From the human T2T-CHM13v2.0 reference genome, Homo sapiens, in the NCBI RefSeq assembly GCF_009914755.1, contig NC_060926.1: a stretch of 64,000 nt of DNA. One strand, given 5' to 3'. The translations under genes and the position numbers were made by a program. Positions 13,587-25,282 of the stretch are shown here, piece by piece. Positions within the stretch are counted from its first letter, which is position 1. Each line of letters begins with the position of its first letter. The notes below the pieces were generated by a model. The model did not search any database. It was given only the letters and a program-made list of their open reading frames with translations, and was not told the DNA's origin.

Positions 13587-14959
13587 AAAAGCTAGCTTTT
13601 TCTACCTATTCTCTATACTTCTACTCCCACAATTCTCTTAATTTATTAAAGTGAAAACTATTTTCCCTATTATACACACATGTTGAAGGACCAGTCATCT
13701 AAAATGTTATTTAAAACGTCAAGCTTTTCAGCCTTTATTTGAAATACCACAATTTTTACCAACATGAAATTTCACAAATTCTCTACTATTTGGCTTACCA
13801 TCGGATTTTAATTCAGTCTATGAATTAAGCAAATGGCACCTGCTAGTACCTACTGTAACTCAATAGAACAGTATCTTGGAGACCAATCAGAGAAGAAGAT
13901 AGCAGCTCTTCCAGATGTTGGTCCCCAAGGTTCACAGACATCCTGAGCTCATATGCCTCCCCCAGTCACCATTGTATGCCTTTCTCAGCTTTAAGTCTTT
14001 ATTGGAATAGCTATCCTCTTGTAACTCAATTTTCCCTTTAAGGCTGCCTTTGATCTCCATTTGAAACAATTACTCCCCTGGATACAAATGATAGGTACCC
14101 AGAGAAAGACATCTGATCTACACAAAGAATTGCACTCCTTCCACCAATTGTGACAATTCATAAAGATAAATATGCTAATGCCACACTATTTTAGAAAATA
14201 TTTTTTAATGTTATATATATGCTGTTGAAAATGGTTTGGCAATACATGTTCTAAGAAACAAATGTGGTAAGAATAAAAGATGATTAAAGGTTTGTGTTTA
14301 TGTGTGGGAGACAGCTGCATCAAACTTTATACAACAAATTATAATAGGTTTGATATTAGGAAGAGTAATTTTCTGGAGTCATAATAAGAGATTTTTCTCA
14401 AGACAGACATTTCAAATGAGATAGGACTCTAAACCCTAGGAAAGCTCTAATGGATCCAAATTCTTCCAGCTGAGGGTAGTCTTTTATGTTTCTTATCCCT
14501 TTCAAATTGATTCTCCAGTAAGACCTAATGTAATTTTTTAATCCATTTAAAAATGGATACATACTAGAAGCTTAACTTTGCGCAATTTTATTTTCCAATT
14601 TCTTAGGAAATAGGTTGGTGCCATGGTGCCTATTCTAAAAGCTCTCTGCTTCTAGTCTCTCCCTGCTCCTGTCTGTCTAGCTAACAGCTGCTGGAAGGAA
14701 CGAACTTAGTACTTGAATCCTGTCACTTCCCTGTTCTTCATGGGCTAATCTCACAATAAGCCTGGCTTTCTGGCCTGTGGAACTCCACAGCTGGGGCAAT
14801 TTAACATCCAACTATAGGTTCAGCTACATTCCAGACTTTAAACCAATTCCATGCCAAGATGATTTTTTATAAAACCTCACATGAAAAATATAAAAATATC
14901 TCTTCAACAGGACTAGGTTACTGATGTTATTTGGACAGTGAGGACTCCTTAACAAGGCT

Positions 14960-15470
14960 TTCCACATGCCTTTTATAATCCAGATCATGTTACTGCCTTG
15001 CCCTGCACAAAACCTTTGAATCACTCCCCATTGCATTTGAAATTTAACCCAGCCTATTTCTAAGGATTATGAAATGTACTACATGATTTGCCCTTCTGCT
15101 TTTGCTCTTTAACCTCATCTCCACACTGCACACAAAAGCTCACCAAACTTGCCAAACTCCTTTCATCCTTCATAGGCATTGTTAGCTCTGCCTGTGCTCT
15201 TTTCATGCTTGATTCTTTCTCTTCAAGTCTCATTTTAAAATATCACCACTTGGACTTCTCTTTCTTGGATCACTGTACCTAAAAATGTATCCTCTTTGGT
15301 CATATTACTTTCTAGTGAAGTTCCCTTTTTGCTTCCTTTAAATCAGTTACCATTTCAATTTTCAAGTGTATGTTTCATATCATTTGCTGCCTTAACCATT
15401 TTATCTTCAGAAACCAGCACATGCCTGAGATCATGTCGAACAGATGAATGAATGAATGAATGAATGAATT
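14960..15470 (+). mobile_element. LINE-2 3' fragment with (GAAT)n tail
   Basis: cagatcatgttactgcc...aaacctttgaatcactccccattgca; ends gaatgaatgaatgaatgaatgaat. Confidence 0.65.
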
Positions 15471-15964
15471 CTGAACATCGCAGATGCCAAATATCCACTA
15501 ACCTAAATATACTGTGCTTCTTCCTCTAAACACGATTTATCTGGTCCATGAAGTTATATTTCTGCCCTATGCAATTAATCATGCCATCAACCTTCAAAAC
15601 TAAGTCATTATGAGTCTAGCATTTAAGTTCCCATGTTGTCAGACCCCTAAACTCTAATGTCTGTCTTGTTTCCTACTATTTCTCAATATAAACTAGGGAG
15701 TCCTTCTGGGTTAGTCCGCTCCTTCATCAACAAACAGGCCTGGTGGTTTTTGACTACTGACTTACCTCACAGAGATAACTTCTGGCCAGAGTGTACTTCC
15801 CTCTCTTCTAACTAATGAGCCCACTGATGTAAACCTCAAGTCTCTTCAAAGAAATTCCAAACTAATAAGTGTTTAGTGATCATAGTATTTGTTAACTGTT
15901 ATGATTTATGTAATGTTGTGCTCCTTTGGATACTTTTCATGTACTACTTTGGATTACTTTATTG

Positions 15965-16576
15965 TTATTATCTTTTAAAAGTTTACCTTAAAATGTTATT
16001 AAAATAGTCATATCTGCATTGTGTCTCCACAGCTACATTGTCACAACTTGAGAATAATCTGTCCTGTTTGTCTTTGTCTCCCTGAAAATGTCTTATACAT
16101 TGTAGTTTTAAAATATCCAGTGTTTATGTAATTGATTAATTCACATAAAAAACATTCTGGCAGCCTTAACTGAAAAATCTGTTAAGTATGAAAAGAGAAC
16201 TTTGTCACTTAACACTTGTCATATACAGTCACATTTTGTATTTGGAAATATTTTGGTTGACTCAAAAATTCTAATGTAATATACAAATTGGTTTTATTTG
16301 GTACTAAATAGCCTTCACACAGGCTTACACACAGACTTTTCGTTTTGTTTCAGAATGTAGAAAAAATAAATTGCTATGTACTATCACAATTAATGAACTG
16401 TAAATGGACACAGGGAGTTATTATTATCTTTTAAATGTTTAACTTAAAGTGTTATTAAAATAGGCATATCTGCATTGTGTCTCCACAGCTACATTGTCAC
16501 AACTTAAGAATAATCTGTCCTGTTTGTCTTTGTCTCCCTGAAAATGTCTTATACATTGTAGTTTAAAAATATCCAG
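15965..16576. repeat. Spaced direct duplication: 156-bp copies at 15965-16120 and 16421-16576
   Basis: Hand alignment gives 6 mismatches in 156 nt with no gaps; offset 456. Confidence 0.95.
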
Positions 16577-16682
16577 CCTCCTTCTACTTCCCCTTTCTTC
16601 TCTCTTTATCCCCTTTCTTTCTTTCTTTCTTTCTTTATTTCCTTCCTTCTTTCCTTCTTTCCTTCTTTCTTTCTTTCTTTCT
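16577..16682. repeat. Pyrimidine-rich (CTTT/CCTT)n simple repeat
   Basis: Read directly. Confidence 0.9.
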
Positions 16683-16987
16683 AACATTTGACATCCCATG
16701 TAACTAACTCTTGCAGAATTAGAACTAAAAATTCTCTGGGAAACACAAATTAATTAATATGAAGCGAAAAGTTTAGAAAAATGAAACAAAAGAATAAGCA
16801 ATAAGAAGAAAACAAAACAAATAAGTGGAAACAAAAAATGTAGAAGATTAGTAGCACTTGTTACTCCCAGTTTAAACTTGTAGTTTGATGAAAGTGACTT
16901 AAAGGTGACCTTTAGAATCACTTAAGTATTTATGTATTTTGATTATTAACAAGCATTTATAAAACAATCATTACTAAGAATAACTGG

Positions 16988-18670
16988 AGTTGTTTTTTTT
17001 TTTCTTATAAATTTGCTTATGTTCCTTCTAGATTCTGGACATTAGCCCTTTGTCAGGTGGATAGATTGCAAAGATTTTCTCCCATTCTGTAGGTCACCTT
17101 TTCGCTCTGATGATAGTTTCTTTTGCTGTGAAGAATCTCTTTAGTTTAATTAGATCTCATCTATCAATTCTGGCTTTTGTTGCCATTGCTTTTGGTATTT
17201 CAGTCATGAAGTCTTCATCCATGCCTATGTCCTGAATGGTATTGCCCAGGTTTTCTTCTAGCATTTTTATGGTCTTAGGTCTTACACTTAAGTCTTTAAT
17301 CCATCTTGAGTTAATTTTTATATAAGGTGTAAGGAAGGGGTCCAGTTTCAGTTTTCTGCATATGACCAGCCAGTTTTCCCAACACCATTTATTAGAGAAT
17401 CCTTTCCCCACTGCTTGTTTTTGTCAGGTTTGTCAAAGACCAGATGGTTGTAGATGTGTGGCATTATTTCTGAGGCCTCTGCTCTGTTCCATTGGTCTAT
17501 ATACCTGTTTTGGTACCAGAATCATGCTGTTTTGGTTACTGCAGCCTTGTAGTATAGTTTGAAGTCACGTAGCATGATGCCTCCAGCTTTGTTCTTTTTG
17601 CTTAGAATTGTCTTGGCTCTACTGACTCTTTTTTGGTTCCATATGAAATTTAAAGTAGTTTTTTCTAATTCTGTGAAGAAAGTCAACGTTACCTTGATGG
17701 GGATAGCATTGAATCTATAAATCACTTTGGGCAGCATGGCCTTTTTCATGATATTGATTGTTCCTATCCATGAGCATGGAATGTTTTTCCATTTGTTTGT
17801 GTCCAAAAAACAAACAACCCCATCAAAAAGTGGACAAAGGACATAAACGAACACTTCTCAAAAGAGGACATTTATGTGGCCAAAAAACATATGAAAAAAA
17901 AGCTCATCATCACTGGTCATCAGAGAAATGAAAATCAAAACTACAATGAGATACCATGTCATGCCAGTTAGAATAGCGATCATTAAAAAGTCAGGAAACA
18001 ACAGATGCTAGAGAGGATGTGGAGAAATAGGAATGCTTTTACACTGTTGGAGGGAGTGTAAATTAATTCATCCATTGTGGAAGATGGTGTGGCGATTTCT
18101 CAAGGATCTAGAACCAGAGATACCATTTGACCCAATAATCTCATTACTCGGTATATACCCAAAGGATTATAAATCATTCTACTCTAAAGACACATGCACA
18201 CGTATGTTTATTGCAGCACTATTCACCATAGCAAAGACTTGGAACCAACCCAAATGCCCATCAATGATAGACTGGATAAAGAAAATGTGGCACATATACA
18301 CCATGGAATACTGTGCAGCCATAAAAAAGGATGAGTTCATGTCCTTTGCAGAGACATGGATGAAACTGGAAACCATCATTCTCAGAAAACTAACACAGGA
18401 ACAGAAAACTAAACACCACAGGTTCTCACTCATAAGTGGGAGTTGAACAATGAGAAGACATGGACACAGGGAGGGGAACATCACACACCAGGGCCTGTTG
18501 GGGGTGGGGGGTAAGGGAGGGATAGCATTAGGAGAAATACCTAATGCAGATGACAGGTTGATGGATGCAGCAAACCACCATGACACGTGTATACCTATAT
18601 AATAAACCTGCACATTCTGTGCATGTATCCCAGAACTTAAAGTATAGTAAAAAAACTAAAAATTAACAAA
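16988..18670 (+). mobile_element. 5'-inverted (twin-primed) LINE-1, L1PA7-like: inverted part 16988-17804, direct part 17805-18670
   Basis: ORF2 peptides on the minus strand ([20 protein letters not shown]), then on the plus strand (LLHCWREC...FSLISGS); 12-bp TSD aagaataactgg at 16976-16987 and 18671-18682. Confidence 0.95.
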
Positions 18671-18709
18671 AAGAATAACTGGGAAAAAACATTAAAAGTT
18701 TATGATGGA

Positions 18710-21200
18710 ACTTCACTTCCAATAATGGTGGAACAACAGAGACCATATTTATCTTCAATCTTGTTTTTGCTCGTTTATTTGGTTTTATCCTTACTGCTTA
18801 TCCTTTTGTTTCATCCCGAAATGATAAAACTGTTTCCAAGTAACTTAACCACATCTCAGAAAAAAGCTATAGACTATTCACAGGAATACAAAAATATTCA
18901 GCACCCAAAAATATAAAATTAAGATTTTGGTGTCATATCAAAAATTATTAGATATTCAAAGGATTAGAAAACTACAACCAACAGTGAGGAGAAAAATTCA
19001 TCGAATGAAGCCAATATGGAACTCATAAATATTGTACAATTAGTAGACAAGGATATGAAAACTCTTGTAACTATATTCTTTATATTCAAAAAACTGGAGA
19101 AAAGGATAGAAATGTTTTATAGAGGCAAGAATAATATAAAAACAGAACAAAATTTAACTTCCAGAGATGAAAAATGAAATGTCTAGTTGAAAGATACACT
19201 GGTTGAGATAAATAATATATCAGACATTAGAATAACGTATTTGAAAAGACAGCAATAAAAACTTTCGAAAATAAAACAGAGAGAAGAAAGACTTAAAGAC
19301 AACACTAGAGAGCTGTGAAACAAATTGAAGCAGTCTAATGTATGTGTAATTGTAGTTCTTGATGAAGATAATAGAGGGAATGGGAAATGAAAAATATTTT
19401 AAAAAATAAAATTTCAAAATTTATGAAAATTATAAGCCCACAGATCCAAGAAGCTTGTTAAACATTAGCATTGACCATATATTTATCAACAGAAACAATG
19501 CAAATGAGAATACAGTAGAGTAACATCTTAAAGCACTGAAAGAAAAAAACTCAGCAACATAGAATTATATACCCAACAAAACTATTTTTTGAAATGAAGG
19601 TGAAAGAAGACTTTTTTAGAAATACAAAAGGTAAAAGAATTTATCAGCATAAGACTGAAGAAATCTTACAAGAAACCCTTAAGATGAAAGAAAGATCATA
19701 CCAGATGGAACTTCGGGTTGCACCGAGAATAGAGTATTGGAAATGGTAACTGGGTAGGCAAATGCATATGATTTTTTCTCATTATTGAAATCTCTTTAAA
19801 GGATAACAGATTGTTTAAACAAAATTATAACAATGTAGTGTGGACTTTATACTATGTGCAGAAATAAAATGTATAATAATAACATACAGGCCCAGAGGGG
19901 AGAAACGGAAGTATATTATTACAAGGTTCTTATACTACATGTGAATTTGTATGTCACTTTAAGGTAGACTATATTATTACATATGTACACTGTAAACATA
20001 AAAGCAATAATCAAAAATAACAAAATAATTGATTGAAGCTAAAAAGCTATTAGAGGAGATAAGAAGGAATAACCATAATCTTATAAGTAATTCAAAGAAG
20101 GCAAAAAAATGAGAAAATGTAAGGCGAGAACGAATAAAACAAATATAATATTAATTGCAAGATAAATTTTAATTTTAAATAACATTAAATGTAATAGATT
20201 TAAAATTCCAATTAAAAGGCAGAGATTATCAGATTTGATTTTTTCAAAAAAAAAAGGCACAACTTAATATACCTACCTCAGATGTTTATGTACCTAGTAA
20301 CAAAGGTCCAAAATTTTTGAAGCGAAATCTGATAGAACTGCAAGGAAAAAAAGACAAATCTACAATTATTGTTTGAAATTTCAAGAAAACATAGGCATAA
20401 ATATTTGTGACCTTGGCTTAGAAAAATATTTCTTACGTATAATACATAAAATAAAAAATATGATAAATTTGACTTTATAAAACTTAAATAAAAGAATCTC
20501 TGAAAGAAACTATTGAAAGAATGAAGTGACAATCCTTAGAAAAGGAGAAGAAAATTTTTACGAATCACATATCTGACAAAGGATTCATATTCAGAGTATC
20601 TAAATCACTCTCAAAATCTGATAACAAGAAAATAAATCATTTTTCAACCGAGCAAAATATTTGAATAGACATTTCAGCAAAAAAAGATAAACAGCAAAAA
20701 GCACATAAGATGCTCAACAATATTAATTATTAAGGAGATATAAATTAAAACCACAGTGAGATAGTGCGACACACCTATTAGTATGGCTAACTCTAAATAT
20801 TGACCAAAGAAGGTTTGTGTGGATGTGAAAGATCTATCAGTGCTATACACTGCTAGTGAAAATGTAAAATAGTACAGCCACTTTAAAACCCGTTGGACAG
20901 GTTCTTAATAAATTAAATATATTCCTATCTAATGATCCAGCCATTATGCTTTTAGGTATTTACCCAAAAGAATGAAACTGTATGTACATGAAAGTTTTTG
21001 GCAGTCATATTTGCAATACTCCAAGCTGGAAACAACATAAATGTCCATTAATAAGTAGAATGGACAAATTTAGTATACTCATACAATGAAGTCGACTCAG
21101 CAATACAAAGCAGTAAACTACTGAAACATGCAACAACATGGAGTGAAAGAAACTAGACTACATCCCCCCACAAAACAAAGAGAGAATATACTGTAATTTG
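18710..21200 (+). mobile_element. Ancient fragmented L1M (L1MC/MD/ME-like)
   Basis: A-rich ORF1/ORF2-like remnants (cagatccaagaagct, aatagacatttcagcaaa, aaaaccacagtgagata, catgcaacaacatgg); boundaries approximate. Confidence 0.6.
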
Positions 21201-22739
21201 ATGCATGGAAAACTTATAGATCATTGCTCCAATCTGAAACCTTACTTCCCCAGAAATGATCACCAGTGCTTCAGAAAATAGCTAAACTCTTTAGAGGTTA
21301 AAACAAGAAATAAAACATAGATCTCCTTATTACTAAGTCAGTGTTTATATTAATTCAGTAGATGCTCTGTATTGTTTAACATTTCATTTCTGAGGAAATT
21401 TCATACTATTATGTAACTTTTTAGATTCCCTCTGTGAAAAATGTATGTCTTCATGGCTACTCATAGGAGGTTAAAAATAATGGTACTTTTAGCTAACATA
21501 AATGTCACAAAGTTTTTAGTACAAGAATAATATGTTGAATCTATCATAGTTATGCCCATTTGAATTAAGAATAATATGGAATTGCATACAACCCATTGAA
21601 ACGACATTCTAACACAAAAGTTACACAAATAAATATAATGAAAGACAGAAAACCATGAATAACCAACAGAAGTGGAAGTAATTATCAGAGTTTAAAAGAG
21701 GGACAGAGAATTTTAAGTTGGAGAAAGTAAGAATGATTGAATGCAAGAGATATTTCATACTGGCCTATATAGTATATTTAAATACTTTATTTAAAAAATA
21801 TGACATACTATTATGAGAAAACCTGGAAAAGAAGTAGAAAGAAACATACCTGAATACTCACTGCATAGTCATATTAGTGATTTCTCTGTAGTTTCTTGTT
21901 ATACAATTGTTTTTACATTATTAGAGAATTAAGAGGCATATACTGGTAATTACAAATAAGATATAATTTCTGAAAGTAAAGTTAATGTATAGCATGCTTA
22001 TTGTACAACATTCAGAAAAATGCAGAAATTAAACAGTATAAAAAGTATCCCAAATCTCCATCTACACAATAATATCAGGTAACATTTTGGTATATATTGC
22101 CATATTTTTTATTTCCTGTATTTTCTAACAAATTTGTTAAATGCGTTATCTTGTATTAGATATATTAACATATACATAATTAGCAAAGAAGCATTCACTG
22201 GTGAAGGAGAACATTTAAAAAGGCTTACTGATAACATCTTAAATCTGAAATCACTTGGATTGTTCCAATATTATAATTTGTATTAACTTATATTACGTAC
22301 TGAATACTCAACTTGTGCAGCCACTATTCTAAATGCTTTATATATAAACTAATTAAATTATTATAAATGTTAATAGATCAGAAAACTATGGCATAAAGAT
22401 GGATAAAACTATATTCGTATTCCTTGGTAATAAAAATGTTCAATATATATGTTTATGCAATTTTACTTCATGAAAGGGCATTATTGGATTTATCCATTTT
22501 ATGACAAAATAGACACAATTTTTCATTTTTATGATCCTATTGTGTAAATAGTTTAGACTTTTGGGGGGTGAGACAGAATATTTCTAGTCATTGTTTTAAA
22601 TGATTATCAAATATAGGAAGAAATTCCACCTGAATTGTGTTGATAAATGGTTAAGAATGATAGGTAATTTGTATTATGGTTATCTCCAGTGCTCATTAAA
22701 AGGTGATATTCAGAATATTTCTCATTATTAGTGAATACG

Positions 22740-25282
22740 AGAAGATTCCATACTGGGCTATCAAATCACACTAGGTTTTGGGAAATTATTCAAGGTACAT
22801 TCTAAAACCCATAAACTCACCACCTTACCATAGAAAATGCTAACGCTAATGCATTACCATTGCTCAGGACAGAGAATCAGGGCATGTACTATAGGCTTTT
22901 ACCAAACAGAAAGTTCCAACTCTTCCAACTCCTCTACTTTGTACCCAATGGTTACCTGGTTTTAGTTTACCTCTGAAAGTTTGGCAAGTAGAACAAGGAA
23001 GTAAAATAATTAATGCTATTCATTATTCTACTTTCTTTTCTATTTTGCCTATTACTTTTCGTTTCATTCTATTGTAAACGTTTTCTTCTTAATATCTTCT
23101 TTCCTTATGGTTATTTATGCCTTATTTTAACTTCCATGCCTTCTGTTTTCTGATCAGAGTTCCATACAAGTGTCTAAATAAGTCTTCTGATTTCTGTGAT
23201 TGTTTTCAAAGTTCAGCGCTTGTACTCTAAGGCCTTTGTTTCCTTTAGAATTCTTCAAGCTAGTGCTATTTTCTTTTGTTGTATACTTGTGTTTGTTTAT
23301 TTGCTTTAATTTTTAATTGGCACATAATAATTGTACATATTTATGGGGTGCAGAATATTTTGGTACCTGTATACGATGTGTATGATCAAATCAGGGTAAG
23401 TTAGCATCTTCATCACCTATTTGTGCTTGGAACATTCAAAATGCTACCCTACAGATACTCAAAAATATACAATAAATTACTGCTACTATAGTCACCCCAC
23501 AGTGCTATATTCTTTCTATCTAGAATTTATTCTTCCTATGTAGCTATAATTTCGTATCTGTCAACCAACTTCTCCCTATACTCCCCATTCCCCTACCCTC
23601 TTTAGCCTTTAGCAACCACTATTCTACTCTCTACTTCTATGAGATCATCTTTTTGAGACTGTAAGACATTATATTAAATGAAACAAACCAGGCACAGAAA
23701 GATAAATATTGCATGTTTTTATTCATATATTCTGTAATATTTTTATTGATTTTATTGGTTCAACTTTATTTACACATTTTTGAGAAGGTAGGTCTATAGA
23801 TCTTGTGATTGGACCCCTACATTACCACATGAATATGAGGATAGTAAACTCTCACATCATCTTTCTTTCACTTACAGAGGATAATCTGGACACCCTGCAC
23901 CTAAGGATGCATTTTGATCAATAGATGTAAAAAGCATTATTTCAAAATTTCGACTGTTTATCTGTGTAACCAGAGTATATCTACCAAAGGCAGAAAATGC
24001 TGTCATTTAAAATAGGATTGTTAAACATCCCCATTTCATAAGCACCCATGGACCTCTGGATAGAGTATAAAGGCAGATATTGACTAGGAGGCATAATGAT
24101 GTAAGGTGTTATCACTTTTGCAAGGGTATAGGCATATTTTGTTAAACTTAGAGAATGATTTTTAATATTTATCCAGACACTGTGATTTTCTTTAAACTAA
24201 GATTTGTTCTTTGGAGAGAGAGTGTATGTGTGTGGGCACACACGCCAGGTATGTTGCTATGTTGCTGCGTGTATATCTGTGTGTGTGGCAGCATGCACAC
24301 ATGCAGTCATAAGTGAGGTCTGTGTTTCAGACGTTCATTAGCTGATGAACATTCATTACATGCCAAACAGCATATCTGTACTTTACACTAGTAGTGAATA
24401 TGGATGGACTTGGACTATCAAAGCCTCCCTGAAATTCCACAGGTGCTCCTCCTCCATTTTCTATATATTTTTGCTACACCAAATGCTAATTTTACAAAAT
24501 GAGCTGTTAGGTGTTATTTTGTCTTAGACATTGCATTTGAAATAGTAGATGGCATCAAGCCTTAAGAGCAAGATATTAGGAGGTGGTAAAGACTAACCCT
24601 GAAAAAGTTTGAAGAAGGAAGTCCTCAGAGACCAGAGGACACACACTAATGACTGAATATGTCTATACAGGGCATGCTTTCATGCTGTGTTTAAAATATG
24701 TTGTGCTTTCCTTAGTGATAGAATTTTTAAAATTTCCCCTCTATCTTGTATTATAATTCATTTTGTTTACTTTCAGTCCTACAATAGAATTTAATATGCC
24801 TACTCCCTTATATACAAGAATGGTTAAAAAATTAAGGAGAATAGGAAAGGTTAAGAATGGCTCCCCTGACTTTCATGCACCTGCTGAGGTTCATGTAGAG
24901 ATACCACCGCTGTATCATGCCCAGGTGTTCCAGGTTGTGATTTGCAATAAAATTCACTTGTAGTGAAGGGCTACACAGGAGATTTTTGGGTAATGAGGCA
25001 AAGGTAATATCATGAGCCACCAGGTAAGCAACAAGGCCATGCTTTCATAAATATACTAAAACTAGGTAACCATTTGGTACAAAGTGGAGGAGTGGCAAGA
25101 GCTGGAACTTTCTCTTTGGTAAGAGCCTACAGTACATGCCCATATGATCTGTCCTGAGTGATGCTAATGCATTAGCATTAGCATTTTCTATAGTAAGATG
25201 GTAAGTTTATGGGTATTAGAATGCGTCTTGAATAATTTCCCAATACCTAGTGTGGCTTTGCTACATCAGTATGGAATCTTCT
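22740..25282. repeat. Long inverted repeat, arms 22740-22985 and 25036-25282, ~2.05-kb spacer
   Basis: Arm 1 aligns to the reverse complement of arm 2 over ~247 nt with ~37 differences (~85% identity) and one gap. Confidence 0.95.
23305..23730 (-). mobile_element. Old L1MA 3' end with short 5' inversion (minus 23305-23660; plus 23659-23730)
   Basis: ataattgtacatatttatgggg...attctactctctacttctatgagatc is the reverse L1MA 3'UTR; the adjacent L1 segment follows in plus orientation (gacattatattaaatgaaacaaaccaggcacagaaagataaatattgcatg). Confidence 0.8.

Noticed and set aside
15965-16576. 156-bp direct repeats as LTRs of a miniature retroelement
   Set aside because: No TG...CA ends, primer-binding site, polypurine tract or TSD
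25150-25195. ATGCTAAT palindrome as a miR-155-like pre-miRNA
   Set aside because: Only a short match to the mature sequence and no ~60-nt hairpin with a loop
22740-25282. Inverted repeat as the TIRs of a DNA transposon
   Set aside because: No target-site duplication outside the arms, no known TIR terminus, and no transposase remnant in the spacer
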